Source: a virus. Taken from it: a DNA stretch of 64,000 nucleotides. The notes beneath the pieces were generated by a model. The model searched no databases, was not told the DNA's origin, and worked only from the letters and a program-made list of their open reading frames with translations. The translations under genes were made by a program, and so were the position numbers. The DNA lies in the IMG/VR virus record IMGVR_UViG_3300027565_000001. One strand, written 5' to 3'. Shown piece after piece: positions 57,653 to 64,000 of the stretch; within the stretch, counting starts at the first letter, position 1; each line of letters begins with the position of its first letter.

Positions 57653-58021
57653 TTAACTCACCGTCCCCGCCGGCAGCGACCCCTTAGACTGCAGATAACC
57701 ATATGCTGCGGTTTTAATAGCAGCGTATATGCTCGCTCCTTTAGGCGCAGCGGTCATCAATGCCGTCATATCGGTAACGGCTGGCACTGCAGGAGTGATA
57801 ACCGTCTTGCCGTCAGGAGACATGACAGCGGCTACTGCGGGCTTGTCCTGGATGGTCGCGGCGTAATTCACAAGTGCGTTTGACGACGCATCAAAGCCGC
57901 TGAACTGGATGACCGCGGTAGGCGATCCCACGGCAGGAATGCTGATAAGGATGGAAGTGATCTGCCAATTGATGGGGGTACCTAGAGAGATTGCTTGGGG
58001 AGTAGTCGGGGTGAGGGGCAT
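57653..58021 (-). CDS. structural-module protein (122 aa)
   Basis: ORF flanked on both sides by hairpin repeats I and J. Confidence 0.65.
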   Translation of the reverse strand: MPLTPTTPQAISLGTPINWQITSILISIPAVGSPTAVIQFSGFDASSNALVNYAATIQDKPAVAAVMSPDGKTVITPAVPAVTDMTALMTAAPKGASIYAAIKTAAYGYLQSKGSLPAGTVS

Positions 58022-58034
58022 GGGTTATCCTTTG

Positions 58035-58063
58035 GTGTGCCGCCGCATTGAGCGGCGAGGCGG
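58035..58063 (-). repeat. GC-hairpin repeat, copy J
   Basis: gtgtgccgccgc-attga-gcggcgaggcgg, 14 nt beyond the stop of 58078..59889. Confidence 0.85.
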
Positions 58064-58077
58064 TAATCGCCGTTACG

Positions 58078-59889
58078 TTACGACACTCTCGTGACCAGAA
58101 ACGACGACCCGATGAGCACACTGGACGTACCATTCGATACCTTTTGGGCGAATTGGGCTGTCAACGTCCCCGCATTAGCTACCTTTATGCGTCCCGTGAT
58201 GGTGATGTAATAGCTGGTATCAACGGCGGCTGATTGCGCGTTGCCTTTGGTCGTGTCCCGTGCGCTGACTGCGATAGAGTTGGATGTATCGGAGATGGCC
58301 TCTGTCTGCTGGACAAACGATGTGACCGTAGCGGTACCTCCGATTGCCGTTTTCCAACCACCGACAGCATCTGCCGTAATATGCAATACTGCTATGAAGG
58401 CATAATCTCCAGAGGCAATCAGTGTAGCAGTAAGTCCCGTGATATTCGCCAGAGTCGTATTCGTTGTTGCATCGAACTGCGTCGTGACCAGAGAATTCAG
58501 ATTCTGTTGAACAACAGCCCCGGCGATATATGCATCTCTAGGCCGAGTTGCCGCATTAGCGCCGATGTCAAAAGCGTTGTCGGTTTGTGCAATAAACATA
58601 CCATTAGTGTCAATTTGCCAACGGCCACCTGTGTTCGACTTGTTGAAGTAAATGTTGCCGTTGGACTGCATCTGGATCTGGCCGCCGTTGGCGCCAGAGA
58701 CAAATTCAATGTCTCTTTCCGTGCCCGTACCAGCAGCGACTGTGCGGAAGGAGAGACGATTTGCTACTGCCGTCCACCCAAATAGTCCTCGCTCATAATT
58801 AGAACCATCAGTGTAGGTGTTATATACTTGAAGCGCCTGCGCAGTAGTTCCATTGCGTTGCCCTACCACATTGGCGGCATCACGCAGGAGGATGGTATCG
58901 GCATTCCAATTCAGCTGGCTAGCTGACGCAAGTTGAACAGCCTGCGTCTCCCCCTTGATCGTCAGTGCTGTAGTAGGGGTGGCCTTGGTTCCTGAGACTC
59001 CGCTCTTTACGCCGGTCTGGAAGATGATGTCGCCCGAGGTCCCCGACCCCGCCGACATCGACCCAATCAGCGTCCAGGTGACGCCTGCGTTGTTGACCGT
59101 ATTCGCACTCTGCACCTGCAGTGTCTGTGCTACGGGAGAGGCGGCGTCGGTGCTGCCGAGCTGGAGGGTGGCAGCCCCGCCACGACGTAGAAAAAGATCG
59201 TACGTCCCTGGTGACTCAGCTCCAGTGGTCCACTTAATGGACCCGGTATCAAGTAACCCATACGCCTGCGCAAATATATCGATATAATTGTTGATCGTTG
59301 AATCGAACGCAGTGAAAATATTTCCCGCGTTTGAGATACCGAGAGCACCAGCATTAGCGCCATTCGTAAAGAGCAAAAAGCCACTATTTAAGAATTTGAA
59401 TGGAGAGGTGTATCCGCCTCCATTAATCTGCACCGATAAAACAAGATTAGATGTAGGCGCCGCCGCCCCCTGCACCGGCTGATTTTCTACTATCCAGTCT
59501 ACCGTTTGGCTCCCTGAAGAGTTGGTTTGCCACCCCTGGCCCGTAAAACGCAGGCGTGGTGACCACTTCTGGGCACCTACGGTGGCCGCTGTCGAGTTGA
59601 GAAGTATGTACCCATCTGTCGAGGCATTGCCGATCGCTTGGGTGTTGGTAAGGGCAGATGAGGCATAGGTTAGTGCCGCCGTCTCCGACACCACCCCTGC
59701 GAGGTCATAGAGCAGCCGTGTAGTGGTGCCCCCGGTGATCGTGGTGGTGCCGACCGTCAGGCCGGTAAACGTCTGGATCTGCGTCGCCGTGACCTTTACG
59801 TCGCCGCCGCTCTGCGTGCCATAGAACAGTTCCGGCCCCGTCAGGGCTGAGGCCGCGGGAAGATTGGCGAGTGTGGAGTTGCCGGCCAT
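58078..59889 (-). CDS. tail fibre-like protein (603 aa)
   Basis: Gly/Thr/Ala/Asn-rich beta-type composition. The N-terminus (MAGNSTLANLPAASALTGPELFYG) resembles that of 51610..54573 (LPAAVSLSGTEPLAIVQG). Confidence 0.8.
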   Translation of the reverse strand: MAGNSTLANLPAASALTGPELFYGTQSGGDVKVTATQIQTFTGLTVGTTTITGGTTTRLLYDLAGVVSETAALTYASSALTNTQAIGNASTDGYILLNSTAATVGAQKWSPRLRFTGQGWQTNSSGSQTVDWIVENQPVQGAAAPTSNLVLSVQINGGGYTSPFKFLNSGFLLFTNGANAGALGISNAGNIFTAFDSTINNYIDIFAQAYGLLDTGSIKWTTGAESPGTYDLFLRRGGAATLQLGSTDAASPVAQTLQVQSANTVNNAGVTWTLIGSMSAGSGTSGDIIFQTGVKSGVSGTKATPTTALTIKGETQAVQLASASQLNWNADTILLRDAANVVGQRNGTTAQALQVYNTYTDGSNYERGLFGWTAVANRLSFRTVAAGTGTERDIEFVSGANGGQIQMQSNGNIYFNKSNTGGRWQIDTNGMFIAQTDNAFDIGANAATRPRDAYIAGAVVQQNLNSLVTTQFDATTNTTLANITGLTATLIASGDYAFIAVLHITADAVGGWKTAIGGTATVTSFVQQTEAISDTSNSIAVSARDTTKGNAQSAAVDTSYYITITGRIKVANAGTLTAQFAQKVSNGTSSVLIGSSFLVTRVS

Positions 59890-59892
59890 GGG

Positions 59893-60093
59893 TTACACCG
59901 ATGCCAAGATAAGTTTGTCGTCGCTGCCGGTCGTCAGCAGCAGGTAGTCCGATCCGTCAGCAAGAAGCAGAAACCCTGTTGCGTCTGACGCGGTGACGTT
60001 GGTCAGCCCGAACCCACCGATCTTCGGCTGGAACTGAAGCCCGGTGCCCTCTTGGAAACACAGCCCTTCGGCGGCATCGATCAGGCCGGGCAT
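59893..60093 (-). CDS. small structural-module protein (66 aa)
   Basis: Tightly packed ORF. Confidence 0.5.
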   Translation of the reverse strand: MPGLIDAAEGLCFQEGTGLQFQPKIGGFGLTNVTASDATGFLLLADGSDYLLLTTGSDDKLILASV

Positions 60094-60100
60094 GCCGACA

Positions 60101-61129
60101 TCACTTCTGGTAGTTCTGCAGGATCGTCAGCTTGATCTTGCCGGGGTTGGTCTGGCTGTTGAGCACAATGCGCGAGTATTTGGGCGGATAGGCATAGTTT
60201 CCCTGCACGCCGGTCGTTGTCGTGCTCGCAACCAAATTGGAATCGGGATGGTTTACCCAGATCATGTTCACAGGGGTCACACTGTCTGACGTACTTGCAA
60301 CGTCCGACAAGGAATTTTGTACCGTCCAGTTGACAGTGCCTGACCCATCGATCTGCAACGCGGTAGGTCCCATCGCGGCCAGCTCATCGAACCTTGCCCA
60401 CGGCGAGCCAGCGACTCCATTAGTGCCGACAGAAATGGTCGTGGCAACTGCGCCAGAGGTCTTAATCGACGTGACTGAAAGATAATCCAGCGTAGATGCG
60501 ACCGTTGAGCCGTTGGTCAGCGTGACCGTCTCGCTGATGGCATTCCCCGACCAGTCAGTTCCAGCGAGTGCTACGGTGATGGCGGAATCGTTGCCCCCAT
60601 CCGTGAACAGCACGCGCCGTGCCGCATCCAGAGTTGCTGGACCATAAGTCCCGACCTTGACGGCTCCTGCAGCTGCACCATTGGTGGTGATGGAGATGAT
60701 GGTCGAGTAGACGTTGGTCGAGGAGACGACGGAGGCATTGGCCCCCGTGATGGTCTCTTGGACGATGACCCCAGGTCCGAAAGTACCGACGCCCTGCAGC
60801 GTTCCAACCACGGCGAATGTAATGCCGCTATCGTTGCCCGCCGATGTGATGAAGAAGCGGCTGGGCGTGGCGAAATAGGAGATTGCCGCAGCGCTGACTG
60901 GCGAGTTGCCCTGCCCGATCGGCGCGCTGGTTGTGGATAGTGAGCCGTTGAGAGTGAGCGCAATCGCACCCGCTGGCGTTTGACTGAGGCAGATATTGTT
61001 GTCGGTGAATGATCCAGCAGCCCCGTTCAGCACGAGGTATTGCGCCCCGGCCGCTTTCTGCGAGAGCGACACCTTGGTGGCCGAGGATGCGGCGAGCGGG
61101 CCGCAGTTGAGAACTATTGCGCGGGCCAT
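60101..61129 (-). CDS. virion protein (342 aa) sharing a domain with 61704..63317
   Basis: RRVLFTDGGNDSAITVALAGTDWSGNAISETVTLTNGSTVAST...SIKTSG...VGTNG parallels the 537-aa protein. Confidence 0.75.
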   Translation of the reverse strand: MARAIVLNCGPLAASSATKVSLSQKAAGAQYLVLNGAAGSFTDNNICLSQTPAGAIALTLNGSLSTTSAPIGQGNSPVSAAAISYFATPSRFFITSAGNDSGITFAVVGTLQGVGTFGPGVIVQETITGANASVVSSTNVYSTIISITTNGAAAGAVKVGTYGPATLDAARRVLFTDGGNDSAITVALAGTDWSGNAISETVTLTNGSTVASTLDYLSVTSIKTSGAVATTISVGTNGVAGSPWARFDELAAMGPTALQIDGSGTVNWTVQNSLSDVASTSDSVTPVNMIWVNHPDSNLVASTTTTGVQGNYAYPPKYSRIVLNSQTNPGKIKLTILQNYQK

Positions 61130-61134
61130 GTTTC

Positions 61135-61674
61135 CTACTTCTTATGCCAGTGCTTCATGGTCTCGGCGCGGACGGCATCGCGCTTGATCTCGGGATCCTT
61201 GGAATGCTCGGCCTTTGCGAGTCGCTTGGCCGGGATCTTTTTGTCCTCGGAGATGCCGAGTTCCCGATGGAGCTTGCCTTTCTCTCCACCTGGATGAAAG
61301 TTTGGCGTCCTGCCACCCTTGGCATACTCCGCCTTGTCGTCCTTCATCTCCTTGTCGGCTTCGCTCTCTCCCTTGTGCGGCATGTCCTTGCCGCCAGACC
61401 AGGGGATACCGGGCCTTAGGCCTGTGCCGGTGCGACCGCCGAACTTGCGCCCGGGCCTAGCGAGCGAGGTCTTCACCGGGATACCATCGGCACCTATCCC
61501 ATCGTCCCCCGTGATCCCCTCGGCTCTCCCATTCCCTTTGGCCATGTCCATGACCTTGGGGGAGACGCCGTTTCGAGGCGCCTTGATGCCCGCAACGTCG
61601 CGCGTCTTCGATATGCTGCCGCCAAAGCGATAGCGGCAGTTGGTGCGGGGAGCGTTCGTTAGCCGTCCGGCCAT
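61135..61674 (-). CDS. basic virion-module protein (179 aa)
   Basis: The ATG at 61674 has AAGGAG 9 nt upstream. The long N-terminal extension of the 480-aa track ORF overlaps the 537-aa gene and is Arg/His/Gly-rich. Confidence 0.6.
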   Translation of the reverse strand: MAGRLTNAPRTNCRYRFGGSISKTRDVAGIKAPRNGVSPKVMDMAKGNGRAEGITGDDGIGADGIPVKTSLARPGRKFGGRTGTGLRPGIPWSGGKDMPHKGESEADKEMKDDKAEYAKGGRTPNFHPGGEKGKLHRELGISEDKKIPAKRLAKAEHSKDPEIKRDAVRAETMKHWHKK

Positions 61675-61703
61675 GGCCCGGATCTCCTTATTATCCGAGC
61701 GCC

Positions 61704-63317
61704 TTACGTGCCGTTGTTGGTCGCGGTGTTTTGCGCTACGCCGAACATCCCGGTAGGCGTGCCGATGTTGGCCACACTCGGCGCGATGGACACGGTGAGC
61801 CGCTTGGTCCCATCGGAGTTGTCCGGCATCGAGATGGTGCCACGCACATCGCCCGTGGTCGTGGTGGCGGCGCTCGTAACGGCAGCCGTAAAAGTGCTGC
61901 CTGCCTGGTTGTTGTTGACCACGGTGGCGTAGAGCCGGCCGGACCCTTCCGAGAAGGTTGTGGTCGAGGACGCTGTAAACGTGATCTCGTTGAGGGCGGT
62001 TGCCGTGATCACGCCGGTCGGCGAGCCGGAGGTGTTGACTGCCGTTCCGGCGATGGCCGCCGAGACCTCGAAGGCGTTGGTCGTCAACCCGCCGGCCACA
62101 ACGTAGTAGACCGTGCCGGCCGTAAGTCCAGTCGGCAGCGTGCCCGTCGATGTGAATACGATGGGCGTCTTGGCCACGAGGCCATGGTTGGGCCACGTAA
62201 ACACCCCGGGCGAGGCCTGTGTCACAGTGACGACAGAGGTCACCGATGGCCCGACGTTGGCTGCCGTGATAGCGGTGGAACCGACCTCGAAACCTGCGGG
62301 CGTCATGGTCGTCGACGAGAGCGTCATGACGCCGCCCGTCATCGCCGTGGTATTGATGCCCGCCGTAAAGGTTGTCCCCTTGCTGCCGGTGGTGCAGGCC
62401 ACGTCGACGATGAATCCGACCCGAACGACCGTGAAATCGAACGGGATCGCAGGCAAGTAGAAGACGTTGGCGTCGGCGACGCCCGAAAGCGTGATCGTTG
62501 GGGAATAGAAGGTCTGCTCTGCGGGGACTAGCAAACCGCCAGGTCCGGTGATCATCCCTTGCGGGGCGCCCCACCACGCCTCGATATAGGGAATGCGATC
62601 GGCGCGAATTGGCAGGCCGTAGACATCGCCGGTGCCAACCGTGGCGGCCGTGGAGTTGAGCGTACCGGCTGGCGTTATGCTGGCGATGTACTTGAAGGCC
62701 TTCTTGCTGGCGGCCACGCCATTGTTTTTGAGCGTGACCGACTCCGTCATCGGATAGCCGTAGAGATCATACCCAGCGATCACGGCGGTGCCGCTCGAAT
62801 CGTCCGATGGCGACGTGATCCTTATGTTGCGAGAGATCGCCTTGGTCGGATCCCACATGGCGATGGTGCCGGCCTGGGAGAACGAGGTTCCCGCCATGGC
62901 CGTGTCGATGGCAAACAGCCCCGTGACGGTAGCCCCGGTATCGGCCCTGGTGATCGACGTGCTCCCCGTGATCCCGGTGCCGGCCGTCAGCGTCATCGCC
63001 GTACCTGCGGTCAGCGTCTGCGAGGTGGCGATGTTGTTCGCCGACAGGGCGGACGGAACCTGGTCGATGCACTGATACTTCCCACCCCCGAGGAACCCGT
63101 ACACCGATGGGGTCGTGGACGACCCGCCGACGATCGGAAAGCCCTGCCCGGGTTTATAGGTAAAGGGAAACCTGGCATCGTGCAGGGCGTAGCCGTGGAT
63201 CGACATCCACGGTGCCGCTTCCGGGTTCTGGCCGCCAGACGGCGCAGGAGACGCCGCCGCCCCGATAGGATCGCCCCTGTAGTTGAGGTAGGGACCAAGT
63301 TTTGCCGAGATGGTCAT
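61704..63317 (-). CDS. virion protein (537 aa) immediately downstream of the capsid gene
   Basis: RNIRITSPSDDSSGTAVIAGYDLYGYPMTESVTLKNNGVAASKKAFKYIASITPAG...VGTGD domain shared with 60101..61129. Thr/Gly/Ala-rich C-half. Confidence 0.75.
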   Translation of the reverse strand: MTISAKLGPYLNYRGDPIGAAASPAPSGGQNPEAAPWMSIHGYALHDARFPFTYKPGQGFPIVGGSSTTPSVYGFLGGGKYQCIDQVPSALSANNIATSQTLTAGTAMTLTAGTGITGSTSITRADTGATVTGLFAIDTAMAGTSFSQAGTIAMWDPTKAISRNIRITSPSDDSSGTAVIAGYDLYGYPMTESVTLKNNGVAASKKAFKYIASITPAGTLNSTAATVGTGDVYGLPIRADRIPYIEAWWGAPQGMITGPGGLLVPAEQTFYSPTITLSGVADANVFYLPAIPFDFTVVRVGFIVDVACTTGSKGTTFTAGINTTAMTGGVMTLSSTTMTPAGFEVGSTAITAANVGPSVTSVVTVTQASPGVFTWPNHGLVAKTPIVFTSTGTLPTGLTAGTVYYVVAGGLTTNAFEVSAAIAGTAVNTSGSPTGVITATALNEITFTASSTTTFSEGSGRLYATVVNNNQAGSTFTAAVTSAATTTTGDVRGTISMPDNSDGTKRLTVSIAPSVANIGTPTGMFGVAQNTATNNGT

Positions 63318-63352
63318 GGTGCGCTATGCGCTCCTCTTATCTGTCTGCTCCT

Positions 63353-63382
63353 CCCATCCGCTCTATTCCGAGCACGGATGGG
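63353..63382 (-). other. hairpin between the capsid gene and the next gene
   Basis: CCCATCCG, 14-nt loop, CGGATGGG, 26 nt beyond the capsid stop. No U-tract. Possible mRNA-stabilising or attenuating structure. Confidence 0.45.
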
Positions 63383-63408
63383 AATGACCTGTGGGTGACC
63401 AGCGGAAA

Positions 63409-64000
63409 TCAAGCGGTCGGGAAAGTTCCGAACGAGGCTCTCCAATCGACGTAAATCGGCTGCGCTCTCTGGTATGCTTTCACCAGCAGGTTGTCCGTGG
63501 TGTTGTCGACCCACATGTCCGTCTCGTAGGCGTCGCGCTCGAAGAACACGAGGCCGTCGTTCTTGGTCAGCACGAACCACGCATAGTTGCTCGTGAGGTA
63601 ATCGCAGATCATGTAGCCGGTGATCCCGCCCTCGACGTTGCGACCCGCGTTGATGTCGTTCTCGTCCGTGCCCGGACGAAGCTCGGTCTTGGTGATCCGT
63701 TCGGCCACGTCCATCAAATTGACCGGAACCAAGAGGCCATCGGGGCGGGGGCGCCCCATGATCTTGAGGGCGCGCTCGTCGACCCAGTTGGTGCGGATGT
63801 TCTTGATCGCCTGCATCAACGAGGCTTCGTTGAGGTCGAGGTCGGTCGAGAACTTGTTCGCCGCAGTGGAACCGTCTACGGGATGCCCCGTGTCGTAGAG
63901 CGCCTTGCCGTCGCCCACGATTGACGCATCGTAGGTCGTGCCGTTGTTGAAGACGTTGAAGGCGTTGACCTCCCAGAACTCCTTGAAGGCCTTGGCAAGA
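63409..64000 (-). CDS. major capsid protein, C-terminal ~197 aa (gene continues beyond the right window edge)
   Basis: The frame stays open upstream of the track GTG to nt 64000 (...LAKAFKEFWEVNAFNVFNNGTTYDASIVGDGKALYDTGHP...). The pattern is typical of HK97-fold podovirus-type coat proteins, and the gene heads the structural operon. Confidence 0.85.
   Translation of the reverse strand, partial: LAKAFKEFWEVNAFNVFNNGTTYDASIVGDGKALYDTGHPVDGSTAANKFSTDLDLNEASLMQAIKNIRTNWVDERALKIMGRPRPDGLLVPVNLMDVAERITKTELRPGTDENDINAGRNVEGGITGYMICDYLTSNYAWFVLTKNDGLVFFERDAYETDMWVDNTTDNLLVKAYQRAQPIYVDWRASFGTFPTA

Noticed and set aside
50005-59889. A diversity-generating retroelement targeting the fibre genes, as in BPP-1-like phages.
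   Set aside because: No reverse transcriptase gene is present anywhere in the window. No template/variable repeat pair was noticed near the fibre C-termini.
1-64000. Looked for tRNA/tmRNA T-arm signatures (GGTTCGAATCC-like), rRNA, CRISPR repeat-spacer periodicity, integrase, terminase and portal genes.
   Set aside because: None was recognised by eye. The tRNA/tmRNA-like strings near 13490-13520 lack a complementary T-stem. A proper tRNAscan/ARAGORN/Infernal run would be needed to be definitive.

Overview
High-GC window (above 60% by eye) that is almost entirely one temperate-phage-like genome segment, either a prophage or a phage contig. The host is probably an alphaproteobacterium. I infer this from phage copies of GcrA, GapR/DUF2312 and an alpha-type LexA DNA-binding domain, plus a TTAA-N7-TTAAC CtrA-type box.

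Layout, left to right:
- 1-258: IS1595 transposase fragment at the left edge, followed by a few unassigned genes.
- 6340 down to 2529 (minus strand): leftward early operon with small proteins, a Cys/His nuclease-like protein, a Gp157-family protein and RecT.
- From 6604 (plus strand): a rightward early operon that appears leaderless. It encodes a GcrA-like protein, a membrane/wHTH protein, an ADP-ribosyltransferase-like protein, a LexA-DBD-only protein, HTH proteins, a DUF1376 replication protein, a beta-class DNA methyltransferase interrupted by an out-of-frame HNH gene, and a second HNH-like gene.
- 20528-22082: a unit headed by a ribbon-helix-helix (RHH) gene.
- 24512-24652: a divergent RHH switch. 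It drives a leftward operon (24511 down to 22143) and a rightward operon (24653 to 30334).
- The rightward operon ends in an envelope-directed moron island: RHH, an Omp25/31-like beta-barrel, a lipoprotein, a signal-peptide-bearing paralogue of the major capsid protein, and a GapR-like protein.
- Minus strand from here on: lysis genes (34840 down to 31528), one opposite-strand moron, and the virion module (64000 down to 35710). The virion module has the major capsid protein, many fibre-like proteins, a GIY-YIG endonuclease, large ejection/internal proteins and a GNAT.

No tRNA, rRNA, CRISPR array, integrase, terminase, portal, tape-measure or sheath gene was recognised in the window.

Most notable observations:
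1. A 594-nt in-frame insertion in the methyltransferase carries an overprinted HNH gene.
2. A Tat-signal-bearing, Cys-rich paralogue of the capsid protein sits in the moron island.
3. Twelve copies of an asymmetric GC-rich hairpin repeat occupy short intergenic spacers.
4. Two paralogous ART-like genes are present, one of them splitting the spanin pair.
5. Three consensus promoters are positioned to give leaderless mRNAs.

All functional calls rest on motif-level recognition by eye. No database search was run.
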